A stretch of 63,959 nucleotides of DNA, filler included, from Octopus bimaculoides (Eukaryota), in the NCBI RefSeq assembly GCF_001194135.2. It is 3 parts of 3 records of this genome, joined end to end, with 100 filler letters (N's around TTAATTAATTAA, not from the genome) between each part and the next. Parts side by side here need not be neighbours in the genome. Positions count along the whole stretch, not along the records: positions 30,924 to 62,618 come from NC_068982.1; 2 more parts are not named here. One strand, 5' to 3'. Below the pieces are notes generated by a model. The model ran no database searches, was not told the origin of the DNA, and saw nothing but the letters and a program-made list of their open reading frames with translations. The position numbers and the translations under genes are program-made. Below, in pieces: positions 40,594 through 53,835 of the stretch. How positions within the stretch are numbered: the stretch's first letter is position 1; each line of letters opens with the position of its first letter.

Positions 40594-43500
40594 AAAGCTT
40601 CTAATATTGCACGAAAGATTTAGAAGACAACTGATGTCTGATAATATTGCGCGCCAGTAAAGAATTAACAATAATTCTACAGACATACCTCAAACCTGCA
40701 GAATTTAGATAAAGAAGAGAGAGAGAGAGAGAGAATTATATAAATGTATATTTATGCGATACTTATGATGCTAAACGCTTCTAAGAACTATTAAATTAAA
40801 TTGCTACGATTTCCATCCGAAAATGTCCTAGAGAGATTATCTAATCAACTGATGTTTACTGTGTTGAAATTTGAAAGAATCCAATCGAAGGAATCGAAGT
40901 TGATCACTGGACTGGACAGTTAGAGATCAATAATATGTGTGCAACAATTTTCTCTGATAATACCAATTCTTGTAAGTATATCGGCTTTCAAATTGGATTG
41001 ATGGGGAGGAGGTGCTATAAATCTTTCCATTCCTTGATTATGCTGTTTTTACTCCCTTTGTCTAGTATTGTTTAGTTTAAAAATATACGGATGCCATCTT
41101 GAAATCCTAATAAGATAGACAACGACATAGAATCGATAGAAGAGTTTTCGTTCGTTTAGAGAAGCTTTCGAATTAATACAGGAAATGAGAGTGCATGATG
41201 TTCATGCTGCTAAGAATTATGTTCGTTATAAGTGATGTGGAATGTTTACAACAGGAATCAATAGTAGATCGTGAACTGTATTGTTTGAAAGTTTGCATCC
41301 TTTCTGTGGTACTGGACTCAACGAGTTCACACTTATACCTCACGCATGTGCATGGACGACGAAAATAAAATGCAGAAAACATTAAAACTTCACTTGTTTA
41401 AGGCCTAATTATGTGTTATAACTTACATAGGCACAGAAGAGAAATATAGTTGATTGAACAAACATACCATCTATACTCCTGGGACTCTTGTAGACACGAG
41501 GTGAAAAAAGTTAAGTAGGCTACGGTGGAATTTGAACTCAGAAAATTTTTTCCAGAGTCGTAATGATGCTAATACCCTTGCTACTACCTTAGCATATAAT
41601 TCTCAGTTACTACCAGTCCCTTTGTTGTAAAAATAATCATTAATCTCATTTTATTTTTCTACGCTCAACATTGCATGCCACAAGAGGATAAATATGAAAG
41701 ATACATATGTCAATTTTTAGTCCCGTCTCCCTTCGTTCTGCATTCAAAATATTGTCAAAATATTCGTCTCAGATTTCCCTAATATTGATAAACCAATTCA
41801 CTATATACGTTTCCTGCGGAACTTACCCATACATCTAATGATGTAATGAGGTTGGCGGAGAAAAATAATTCAAACTCAGGGCTGTATCCTTTACTGTCGA
41901 CAGGTACATATTTCTACAAGTAGTATCAACATATCGTTGGTGTATGTATGGGCGATAAAAAATAGCAGTGTTACACTCGGGTATAAGGAATCCATAACAT
42001 TCTTCCTTAAAACAAAATGACATTTTAGATAATTTGATTTTACGAGACGATTAGGCAAACCCCATTCAGAATCAAGTTCTCTCCAACCAATAAATTCCAG
42101 TTGAAGTCCTCTCACTTCATCAGTTAAACCTCATGAAAAATGCCTGATCGCCACAGAATTTCATTTCTCTTTTCCGATGAATTGATATCCCCTGTACTCA
42201 AATGGCAAGTCAATATTATAAAAGGAGAAAACATTAAATGTTTATATAAGCATGAAGTCTAGATGTAGATATCATGTTGTGTTCAAGAATATTACTCAAA
42301 GCAAAGTAGAAATCTTTAACCACTCGATTGATGTATTTCAAACAGAACATAAAATTAATAAGAGATGTAATCTGTCTTTTCGTGGCGCAAGTGTTAATCA
42401 AACGAATATTTTCATATAAAGATTATTCAGTGACCAAAATGGTCCAACAAGAATATCATAAGAGATAACTTGCGACACCTGGAATAAAAACAGCTACCTC
42501 TGTGATTTATAATGAATCATGCAGTATTATTTATGTTCGCTGTCGTGGGAAAAGAGCAGTGCAATACCGACATCGGGAAACACACGAATTAAAGATGTTT
42601 AATGTGAAGGTTAACTAATGTTCTTCAAATGAGTTTGATGCATGGTTTTAATAATCAAGTAATGATGTGGCAGAACATTCTGTGAGCACAGCTTCACCGA
42701 CGACGTTGGATGAAGCCATCATTTGCAAAGCAACTGATCGACGCAAGCACAATAGAAAATGTACGGCGTTCTACAATAGATTGACTTTTATTTTTCACAA
42801 TTTATTTTACATCTTCACCATCTGTCGCTGCTGCTCTGTATAATTATTACTAAAGAATAACACGTTTTATCCTTTTATTGGCTGTAATCAATCATATACG
42901 AGAAAGGTATTCATTGATTATTTATATCTATTTCGCTTTTTATTTACCTTTTCCTTAAGTAAACAGAGTTTTAACAGATAAAAAAACAATGAAATAAAAA
43001 AATACAGGCAAAAAAACGAAAGTGAATTTGTTCTCCGCACATAAATCATCCTTCGAGTGTGAAACGACATTTTTTTTTCTGCTTTTCTCGAATTTTGTTA
43101 TCAAACTGTGCACATTTGTAGTGTAAAGTTCAGTGTGTTAGAAGAGTGTCTGGCTATAAAGTCCTATATAGCAAGCTGGTAACCAACTGTAAAAACAGAT
43201 TCTACTTGGTCAGTAATTGGCTATAAATTGTAATATACAAGTTTAAGAATTAACCATAAAGTAAAACAGCCTGGAACAATAAGTGTGTCGGGTGAATTTA
43301 TTTAAGATATAGTATTCATCTTAGGAGGCTCTTGGTACATGAATGCAGCTTTTTCCCATCTTCTTTTGTCGCATATTTAATATCATATATTGCCGTGTGT
43401 TGGGAAGTATGTTATCTGGTTAATAGTCTAATAGTTAATATAACCCATTGAAAATCAATATTCAGAAGTCAATAAAGTTAAAACAAAAACAAGAACTTCT

Positions 43501-44026
43501 AAAAATTAATTAACCTCTTTATATATAAAACTGAAAGTGTATCACTTAAAGTTTAATTTTGGTAATTGGAAATTATTTGTTAGTGGTTAATCAAAAGTAT
43601 AGATATTTCGGGTTATATTAGGGGAATGATTCACACAACGTTAGAACTAATTGTAGCACGTTAAGCTAGTTAAATTCTTAATAGTATAATGGTAATTTCT
43701 TATACATAGAGTGGTGAGTGACGAAAAATTGGACTTGTGTATCTAAGTAAATTAATGTGGCTTCTTCTTAATTTACTAGTAGAATGTAACAAAAATATAA
43801 CAAAATGGGATATTTCTTTTTATCCTTTCCTGTAAAGAATATTGAATATCGGTATTTATATTTTTTTTTAAAAGTCAAATATTCGCTGGCTTCTTTGAAA
43901 GACTGAAAAAATATGTTTGCTTCTTTTTTTTTACCTTCGTTTCTAATTGCTGTTGTTGATTTCTTGTGGATTTTATAGTTTATAGTGGGAATAATATTCT
44001 TAATAACTGTATTCAGATAAACTGTT

Positions 44027-44370
44027 GCAGGCATAGCTGTGTGGCTAAAGAGCTTACTTTTCAACCGCGGAGTTTCGGGTTCACTTTCACAATACTGCAC
44101 TTTGGACAAATTCTTCTACTATAGCCCCGATTCGACTAACACCTTATGAGTGTGTATGGTTTGACAGAAACTCTGTAGAAGCCCGTTGTATACACAAATA
44201 TACATATGTGTGTGTGTTTGTATGCTTATATGTGTATATTTTTGTGTTTGCTCTCCTATCGCTTGACAACCAGTATTGGCTGTTTACGTGGCCACAACTT
44301 ACCAGTTCAGGAACAGATACTGATAGAATATGTACTGGAGCCGATTTGTTTCTACGTAGTGCCCCCACTA
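44027..44370 (+). mobile_element. SINE family B, degenerate
   Basis: Collinear with 53836-54268. Confidence 0.75.
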
Positions 44371-45671
44371 AGATTAAAGAACTTTTATACGCAGTAATTG
44401 GAATGAAAACATTAGGGTTTTTAAACCCGATGTGAGTACGTTTTGCATGATCCATTGAGGAAATTGCACCGTGAATTTGATAAAGATGACATGGCTAATA
44501 TTGAGATTGATAAATCCTTGGTAGTTAATTAGTAGTATTAAACTAACAAGATACGAGTATACAGAAGCATATATCTGGTTTTAAAGACCAAGTACACGGT
44601 TTTATATGGCCTGCCGATGGATCACATAGCCTACCATACAGTGGTCAGAACTTCCTCCAATTCTTTTTATGGCAATATCGACCATCATTACAATTACGTA
44701 GTCAATATTTAATTTAAAATCAAGTGGCTTGGTGTGAGATTGAAAAAAAAATGACAAAATTCTGTCAAATATGTGGTTTTAAGTAGATTTCGACAAAGTT
44801 TAATAAGCAGAAAACTCTTAGTGGAATATATTTTTACTCAAAAGATTATCAATAAATGAAGTTTTAAGGGAAATTGTTTTCAGAAAAGAAAAGCTATTTT
44901 AAGGAAAATTCCTTGAGAAGATCTTATGAGAATTCTCGGGCACAAAAGTCCATTGTAAAATGTTAACAAATAAACGCTTGAATCGATGAAGTCCATATTG
45001 TCGAAGGATATTGGTTAAGAAATAAAAAGAAATGGTGCAACAAGTGCCACTTCGAGGCTAAAACTTTTTCTTTTTGCAAATAAATCCTTCAGTGCGTTCA
45101 ACAAACAGGGCCAGACAAGTAGCCTTCAAAGTCATTTTTGAGATAGAGAAAAGATTCGTAAGCATTGAAATTGTAAAACTGATTACCAATCCATATATTT
45201 TCATAACCTTTGATAATATTCTGCGTAACTAATCTAACTTTACAAAGGATTTGGTATTAAATCGAAAGGAATCAAGTCAAATTGTTGGCGAAAAGAAATT
45301 TTCAAGTTAATTGACTAAGTTAAATGAAGTATTGCAGTTGCAATATTTGGTAAATATAGGCAGCAATTTCCATCTCTTTTCGTGTGAGGAAACAAAACTT
45401 TTCTATAGATGTAGTAGTTTTCAGCGACAAAATCCTATCAAGCATTGAGAAAATGATTCAGCAACATCTTTTATTCGTTTTTTCATCTACCGTGAATGAC
45501 AATGGCTATATCATCCTCGTCATCATCATCAACAACAACAAAAACAATATCAACGATAACAGCATCAACTCCTATACTAGCATTATCAGTTCCACTACAC
45601 TTTCATCATTGTCTTTGTCATTACAATTCTCGTAACAACTGCAATAATAATAATAATAATAATAATAATAA

Positions 45672-45878
45672 TCCTTTCTACTATAGGCACAAGGCCGGAA
45701 ATTCGGGCAAGTTGGGGCTAGACGATTATATCGACTCCAGTGCTCAACCGGTATTTATCTCGAAAGCATGAAAGGTAAAGTCAACCTCGGCGGAATTTGA
45801 ACTCGGAACGTAAAGACGGACCAAATACCGCCAAGCATTTTGCCCAGCATGCTAACGATTCTGCCAGCTCGCCGCCTT
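45672..45878 (-). mobile_element. SINE family A, full length
   Basis: Ends GCTAACGATTCTGCCAGCTCGCCGCC, the reverse complement of the head. Confidence 0.85.
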
Positions 45879-45902
45879 CACCGACGTAACAATTATAAAA
45901 TT

Positions 45903-46100
45903 TGTTTCAAATTTAGGCGCAAAATTAGCAATCTGTGAAGTTTTTAGTCGATTGCATCGACCACGTACTTAACTGGTACTTTATTTTATCGACCCTGAAA
46001 AGGTGAAAACAATAGTTGAACACAGCAAGATTCGAACTCAGTACTTAAAAGAGCTGGAAAAAATACCAAAACATATTTTTCCTACGCTCTAACGATTCAA
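45903..46100 (-). mobile_element. SINE family A, diverged
   Basis: AACTGGTACTTTATTTTATCGACCC..TTCGAACTCAG..CTAACGATTC. Confidence 0.65.
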
Positions 46101-46345
46101 CAATAATCCTTTATTGGCCCAGTACAAAATGTCAATCAAAAGTATCTAAAAACATACAGGGAAGTACATATGTGTGGAGTGGTAAATGTTGCTAGTTTCC
46201 TCAGCGCTGACCACACTGCCGTACTCTAATGCAAAGGTGTCAACACTTGTAACCATTTCTGGCTGTGAACCTTGTATTCTCGTTTGTTCCTAACTGTTTT
46301 TTAGGTGTCATTTTTCAGTTTATAATTTTTTTTAATGATTTTTGT

Positions 46346-46453
<108 letters not shown>

Positions 46454-46695
46454 AGGTGTGTAATTGATGGGGGAACATTGATATCGACTCTAGTTCTTGA
46501 GTGAGCTTTTTACCATCTCTACAAACGTGAACGGCAAAGCAGCCCCCTGAGAAATTATATGAAACTAAAACATAAATAAACACAACCACAAGACACTTTG
46601 CCCAAAGTTCTACCAATTCAACCAATCCACAGCACCAGGATAAAAAGAAATTAATCAGTCGAATTGAAGGTATATCGGCTGTGTAGCCGACATAC

Positions 46696-46792
46696 CGCCA
46701 ATCTGCTTTCTATAAATTTTCTTAAGAAATGGCTGATAGGTTCTATGGCACAAGAGATTACGGTAGGTTCTGATCGGAGATTTGAAAGAACC
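46696..46792 (-). other. Candidate internal exon (97 nt) of an unidentified minus-strand gene
   Basis: Acceptor TTACAG| and donor GCG|GTATGT on the minus strand, two frames open. No homology recognised. Confidence 0.25.
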
Positions 46793-47185
46793 CTGTAATC
46801 GGATTAACGAAAATACATTCTCAAGACCCATTACTATGCCAAACGTCACATAAATCTTCCTTGCATTATTTTGCTTTGGTTTCTGACGTCCAATTTTATC
46901 TACGCCGTATGTTTCATAATATATGAAATTCGTTGTGATAGTTTCAGATACTGGACTTCAGAGCTAACTTAAACATCGTTTGCGTAGAGAAGTGTAACGT
47001 TTGCTAATAAAATTTTTACTTCAGGTTATTTTGATGGTAATCAGAAAACAATTGCCATAATTACAAAAATAGAAGACGAGAAAAACAAATAAATATTATT
47101 TCTGAAGTGTGTATTAAAACGTATAACAACATGCACAGACATATATTCATGTTTTAGCGCGCGCGCGCGCACACTCACGCATATG

Positions 47186-47243
<58 letters not shown>

Positions 47244-47899
47244 CACTTAATCTTATTTTCAGAGTTAAATTTACATTTGCTTTGTTTAATCTACTTTCTT
47301 TTCTCTGATCGCTATCATATGTCTTAATTCTAAAATATGCATATAGCATGTGAATAAGAACTGTATAACGCTTAGTTCAGGAATAAAAAAAAAAATTTAG
47401 TTTGAATCTAATGCAGTCTATCTTCATATCTAGGGAACAAGGCTTCTCCTTAACTATTGGGGAAGAAAAAAAAACCGAAGCTTAATGAAGGTGTAAATAT
47501 TGTAAGATAAGTTAATATACGAATAAAACAGGGTTCCATTTTATCAGGCGAGGTTAAAAGTCAGTCGATTATAAAGTCATAAACAAAACGATCATCTCTC
47601 ATTTCATTCTTCTTTATCCACCATTTCGATTACCTTTTCGCTAATTACTCTTTTTATCTCCTAATAGGACAGCAAAGGGGAAATTATTAATGTGTTGAAA
47701 CCGAATTTTACGTCTTTTCTTTGTTTTACTTCTCTGTGAAGAGTACGTTCTTTTATTCTCTTGTTTCTGTCATTGCACCCCGGCTATGCTGGGGTACTAA
47801 TTTGAAGGGTATCTTGTTTTTTTTCTCTTTGGTCAATGAAATGTGCCTAGTGCTTATTTTAAGTGAGTCACTTATTCTAGAAGTGTATTTTATGCTGAA

Positions 47900-48146
47900 C
47901 TGCCAAGTTACAGGGACGTAAATAAACCTATACCAAATTTCAGACGGTCAGAGATAAACACAGACAGATACACAGATACATATAAACGGCAGGCTTCCTC
48001 ACAGTTTACCAAATTCTCTCACATGACAATGGTCAGCTCAAGGCTATATAGTAGAAGACACTTCTTCAGGGGACTGAAGACGCTTGCACAGTGGGACTGA
48101 ACCCAAAACTATGCGGTTGCGAAGCGAATTCCTTCATCACACAACC
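47900..48146 (-). mobile_element. SINE family B, degenerate
   Basis: GTTACAGGGACGTAAA...TAGTAGAAGACACTT...CAGTGGGACTGAACCC. Confidence 0.75.
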
Positions 48147-48719
48147 TTACGAAATATCATTATTGAAGTCAAACGGGAAAAAAAAAGCCCTGAAGATAAA
48201 ATTCAAGAAATCGAAAAGTTATCGACAATGTTCCTTATTAGAAGTGCAGTCTATTAAATAGCCGTTTGCGTTACGTAAAGAGACAAAACCTCTAGACATG
48301 GCCCCGATGTTGCTCCTCTCTGAAAGCTTAACCACTTTTTCTCACGACATAAAACATAATAGCGTTCTATTTACTCAACGCATGTAGAGATATATTACGT
48401 CTGATACTATGCAAGCTACCGGATAACGATACATGAATTAGAAGGTACATTTATTGAACTTCTAAAATACAGATTATAACACAAAATACAATGACAAACA
48501 AACAAAACGATTGGAATGTTAAATAGCAATAACAAATAAAAATAAAATAACTGATATACGCAAATTACGTTGATTAATTTAGTTAATGATAATTAGTATG
48601 TATTGTCTCGATTATGTTCTTAGGGTTTCTGCAACATTTTCGGTTATCAAATGTTATTGAGCTTTTCAGCTTGATTCCAACTCTTTATTTCTCTGTTTAT
48701 GCTCGCATTCTCCCTTTCA

Positions 48720-48798
<79 letters not shown>

Positions 48799-49024
48799 TC
48801 TCCCCTTCTTACATACGCACAAACATACACACACACGTGTTTCTTCCAGAACAATCTGTATCTTTTTCTATAAAACCGTTTCGTTCCGCCAGTTCCATTT
48901 TTCTTTTTATTATATTTTTCCACATTTTTTTTTTGTTCTTATTACAACTCTCAACTTTTTATTTTGTTTTTTGTTACCGGCACCACTCGATGTGGTGGAC
49001 AAAAAGATGATGACAGTTAAACAC

Positions 49025-49145
49025 GCATCGCTTCCGCAGAGTCGGAAGTAGGCCTGATTAAACTGCCGGAAGTCGACGATCGAAAAGATACCGTGCACAA
49101 GTTCGGTCCAAAACAGCGCCGAACGGAAATCACGTGATACTCGTA
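49025..49145. promoter_or_regulatory. CpG-rich promoter-like island with clustered ETS sites and a palindromic E-box
   Basis: CTTCCG at 49031, CGGAAGT at 49043, CCGGAAGT at 49066, CGGAAAT at 49124, ATCACGTGAT at 49129-49138. Not repeat-like. Confidence 0.55.
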
Positions 49146-49769
49146 AAGCTGATTTCATATTCAAGTAATTGTGCCGTCTACGCATAATTGAAAGTAGACA
49201 AGAGTTTTTTACTATATTAGCTGGAAATTGTAACAGGAACTGAGACAAACGCCTTGAGGGTAAAATATGACTGATTCTGTCATAGATTTTTTTCTTATTT
49301 TTATTATTGTGTAATGGCAGTGATTGGCACAACGGCAAAAGACTGGAGTAAAATACCGTACGATATCTACTTACATCCTTTACGTACTGAGTTCAAATCT
49401 CACCGACGTCTTCTTTTCAGAATCTATAACATAACGATGTAATTGCTGTTACCCTCCCACAAATTGTGTTTCCTTGTGCAAGTATTTCTTTTATTAATTA
49501 TTGATACTGTCTTAAGCTTTATTAATTATACAGTGAATGGGAAAACCAGCAAAGTGCCGCTCAAATTTGCCTCATCCAATCACGTCCCTTTATATTCTGA
49601 GTTAATCCTACCAGAGTTTGTTTTGCAGTCTCTGTCCCCAGTATCGTTCAAAACAGATACCAGCTACGTACAGGATAGATTTAATAAGAAGTTCCGTCAT
49701 TTGTGAATGATGAAAATTCTACTATCGTCATCATCATCGTCATTGTTGTTGTTGCTGATGCTGTTGTTG

Positions 49770-49821
<52 letters not shown>

Positions 49822-49837
49822 CATTATTATTATTATT

Positions 49838-50240
49838 CAGTAGTTTTATTTTTATAACGTGTTTTCACTTCACTACCGAGCGCAGCTCTGTGTGCCTTGG
49901 GTATGTGCTGTGGTTTGCTGTGATGCTCTTATGGTTACTGTATCGAAAGTGTTTTGCGTAGGATGTGTGCAGTGCCCAGTAGTGCAATTTTCTGTATGTT
50001 ATATATATTTGTAAGTCCTGGTGTTTTTGTTATGTATTTGTCTGAATATTTTTTTATTATACCTAAGGCACCTACTATGATAGGAATTGTTTCTGTTTTT
50101 AGATTCCAGATTCGAGTTACCTCAATTTGTATTTTGAAAGTTTGTATTTTGTATTTTGAAAGTTTCTCCATTTCTTTTAGGGAAACGTTGTCATCTGCTG
50201 ATATTGATACATCAATTAGAAAGCATTTATTTCCTTCTAT
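49838..50240 (-). mobile_element. R4/Dong-clade LINE, 5'-truncated, within a (TAA)n microsatellite
   Basis: CFLIDVSISADDNVSLKEMEKLSKY..EVTRIWNL..IPIIVGALG..QKIALLGTAHILRKTL* (RLE domain). (ATT)n on both sides in the same orientation. Confidence 0.9.
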
Positions 50241-50241
50241 G

Positions 50242-50336
<95 letters not shown>

Positions 50337-50609
50337 GGGTGACGTGAAACTAAGTTACATGATGTGTCGCTTATATAAACAAACATTCAGTGAGTGAAGA
50401 TTTTCCCGGAAGAACATGAACAGACCACAGAAACTACATTGGCTCCCCTTAATACTGTTCACCACAAAGCCTCCTAATGATCATGACTGTATTCAACACG
50501 GGCGGAGTTCAGATGAAAGTGACCCTTGATGTCTGAAGACTCAGGTGCTATGTTAAGGTAACACTGCCATCAAGAGACTAAAGAGACTTACTGTCATCAA
50601 AAGAGACGG

Positions 50610-51040
50610 AAGAGAGAGTAATTTCTAGTGAAGGAGGCTAACAAGAGAGGTATAATTGATAATTTCCAGCCTGTAACTCTGCTAAATACCGAGTTTAAGA
50701 TTTAAGCCAAAGCCAGGTTGCTAACAAACTGATAGTGTGGTCGTTAAAATACAGACCTGCGTGAACCAAGAAAGATCTATCCACAACAAACGTGATTAAC
50801 ATACCTGGCTTCAATGAGATTCAATGAGATTAACATATCTGGCTTCAATGAGATTTAAATCACTAGAAAGATTTCGTTAACATTGGCCATCGTTGCTTGG
50901 AGGTTGCCATCAGAATAGCCTCTTTTGTTCCAGTTTTCAGTATACGTTGCTTTAAAGAAGGATGGTATCTATTTGGTGGTCAAACTAAATGACCAGCTAT
51001 CCGAATTTAATCTAGATCCACTACTATGGAAACTTGATGT
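50610..51040 (+). mobile_element. Tx1-like reverse transcriptase fragment, decayed
   Basis: IDNFQPVTLLNTEFKI*AKA, VANKLIV, SIHN, VVKLNDQLSE and LDPLL are collinear with 8250-8680. Confidence 0.7.
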
Positions 51041-52037
51041 ACATCAGATCATTCCATTCGAAATGGGACGTACCGTCGTCAATATTTTTCTTTTTTTTTA
51101 TATATATATATATAGACCTAAGTCATCCCTAATCGAGCAGACCGGTAGTCAAAGATCTTCGAGCTGTGACCGTCCCGTTGTCAACTTTTTCTTTTTTTTC
51201 TCTCTGTATATCTTCCGAGTATTTAGGATCACATTATCTTGTTCTTTACTGGGACGGTAAGACGTGAATTAAAAGAAATCTGGTTGCTATATCTAGCAAA
51301 TCGAAAGATCACGTAGAAGCCCCATCGTTGATTCATGTGTCTGTCGTTGTCGTCATCGTTGTTGTAACTATTGTTGGTGGTGGTGATAGTGGTGGTGGCA
51401 TGGTTGTTACTGTTGTTCTGAAACTCATTGTGGCAGTGATAGTAGTTGTATTGGTTCTTGTGGGCGGTTTTGTTGCTTTTCCGTTCCTTGTGTTGTGGCT
51501 GCTATTGCAACTATACATTCATTCATCATCATTCTTACAATGTATACAGATAGAAATGCCATCTACAATGCATTTTTATGTAATATTTCACTAATATGAA
51601 CGTTCAATAGTTCGGCCTTTCAATCCCTGACCTTTGCATGTGAACACGAAACTATTGCAAAGCGTAAACAAGCGTATATGTGTTTTTATGTGGGGTGTTT
51701 TTCTAACTATATAGATAGTGTTTCTGCAGTGTAAAGTCTAATATTAGCTGTGGTTGACTAAAAGCTAATGTCCCAACCTCCTCTGTTATAAAATGAACAC
51801 ACGTATTTATTTGCCACGTCTTACAACTCCAGTAATATTAAATTCAGTGTGGTTTTTGTTTTCAATATTATTTTTAATGCCTATAATACACATCTATTTG
51901 TCTTACAGCACAATAACACTATTATTTTTTGACGTCGTCCGTCGCCTATCCATACGTACACTCACTTCCTTGCTGAACCAGATATACTATTGTGTTTGTT
52001 GTGAATCGTATCGTGACTATAAGTAGCGGTTAAGGAT

Positions 52038-52150
52038 ATTCTTTTCTACTCTAGGCACAAGGCCCGAAATTTTGGGGGAGAGGGCCAGTCGACTAGATTA
52101 CGCAACTGGTGCTTAATTTATCGACCCCGAAAGGATGAAAGGCAAAGTCC
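52038..52150 (-). mobile_element. SINE family A, 3' half
   Basis: TTCTACTCTAGGCACAAGGCCCGAAATTTT...ATCGACCCCGAAAGGATGAAAGGCAAAGTC. Confidence 0.85.
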
Positions 52151-52159
52151 AATTAAATT

Positions 52160-52418
52160 CCAATTAAGAGCTGATCCTTCGTTCCCCGGCTTCTTCTTCG
52201 GCACACTTTCTGTTCAATAGGTAGCAGCCCTCTTTTTTTCCAAGTATGCATACAGTTCACCGGCCAAAGCACCTGACATTAGTTTCCACATTAGCGAAAG
52301 GCACGTTATCGGTCTAAAGTTGGATGCAACATTTCCCTCTTCAGGATCCTTGGCACATAACAATGTCTTCCTGCAAGCACTCATCTAGCTGTTGCACTAT
52401 CCTTTCATGGAGCCCATT
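52160..52418 (-). mobile_element. R4/Dong-clade reverse transcriptase fragment
   Basis: GLHERIVQQLDECLQE / [63 protein letters not shown]. The 5' side abuts (GAA)(TAA)n. Confidence 0.85.
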
Positions 52419-52455
52419 CTTCTTCTTCTTCTTATTATTATTATTATTATTATTA

Positions 52456-52522
<67 letters not shown>

Positions 52523-52524
<2 letters not shown>

Positions 52525-53150
52525 TTCGTCTGCCGCTACGTTCTGAGTTCAAATTCTGCCGAGGTCGTCTTTTCTTTTCATCCTTTCGGGGTCGATAAAA
52601 TAAGTACCAGTCGAACACTAGAATCGATAAAATCGACTCATTCCCTCCCGCCAAATTGCTGCCCTTGTGGCAAAATTTGAAATCATTATTGTTATTATCA
52701 TCATCATCATCACCATCATCAACATCATCATTATTATTGTTATTGTTGTTGTTATTGTTATTATTATTACTGAAACTCCGTCGAAGTCGACTTTACCTTT
52801 CATCCTTTCAGGGTCGATAAAATAAGTACCAATTGAACATTGGGTCGATGAAATCGATTTGCTCTCTCACCCGAAGTTGCTGGCCTTGAGCCAAAATTCG
52901 AAATGATCATTATTATTATTGTTATTGTTGAGAGGGACGTAGATTCTCAGGATCATTAGAGCTTAGGAAAAATGCATTGCCGTATGTTTTCGGTCACTTT
53001 ATCTTCTGAGCTCAATTATCCTCAAGGTCAGCTTTACCAGTCATACCTCTGGAGTCAATTAAACAAGGTACTGTTCAAGAACTGGAGTCGATGGTATCAG
53101 TTTATCCCTCCCCTCAAAACTGCTGGTCTCCTGCCTAAATTAGAAACTAA
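52523..53150 (+). mobile_element. Three SINE family A pieces separated by trinucleotide tracts (52523-52690, 52772-52910, about 52935-53150 very diverged)
   Basis: Core CATCCTTTC(G/A)GGGTCGATAAAATAAGTACC in the first two. The third is recognisable only by layout. Confidence 0.75.
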
Positions 53151-53205
53151 TATTGTTATCACCATCATCACTATCATCATCACCATCATCACTATCATCC
53201 TCATC

Positions 53206-53248
<43 letters not shown>

Positions 53249-53835
53249 TATCATCATCATCTTATTCCATGTGTATTTCATAAAATCTCTGTATGGCAAC
53301 GGAAATTAAACAGAACCTGTACTTGCAGCTTTATATTGCACGACCGACCTCTTCAGTTACCCAGAAACTGTTCTAAAAGTATCACGCATTTGTGTTAGTG
53401 GAAGATAAGAATGGTAATTTAGAGGTCGATTGATACTTCTTTAGGAATAGCACGAATGCTGAAGCATCTTAAAACTTCTCAAATAGTTTCAAGTGTTTGA
53501 GAGAAGTAGAGGAGATCGTACAGCGGTGAACGAAAAAAAAAGAACGCAGTGATAAATCTATATGTAATTTAAATAAGATATTCGTTTGATTGCTGAATAT
53601 GGCTAGCAAGCGAGCAAAGGCTGCTCGGAGTTTCTTATACAGGTCTGCAGTAATCACAAGAAGAAAGGATGGCATAGGTAGTAGGCGTCCAGCCAACCAT
53701 CTTAAAGGTCAGTGGTTCATATCCCGGCAATACAATGTATTCATGGCCAACCTTGGCACTTAAATCTCAATAGCCTAATTCATCTAACTGCAAAGATATA
53801 CGAAGGACGTAAGCAGCTATTTATTAAAAAAAGTT

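Noticed and set aside
40890-40971. NPIEGIEVDHWTGQLEINNM... ending at a GTAAGT donor
   Set aside because: In-frame stop just upstream, only a weak acceptor, and no family recognised.
49838-52418. Single R4/Dong element spanning the RT fragment and the 3' end
   Set aside because: The intervening 1.9 kb is (ATT)n, Tx1 and unrelated sequence, so separate insertions are more likely.
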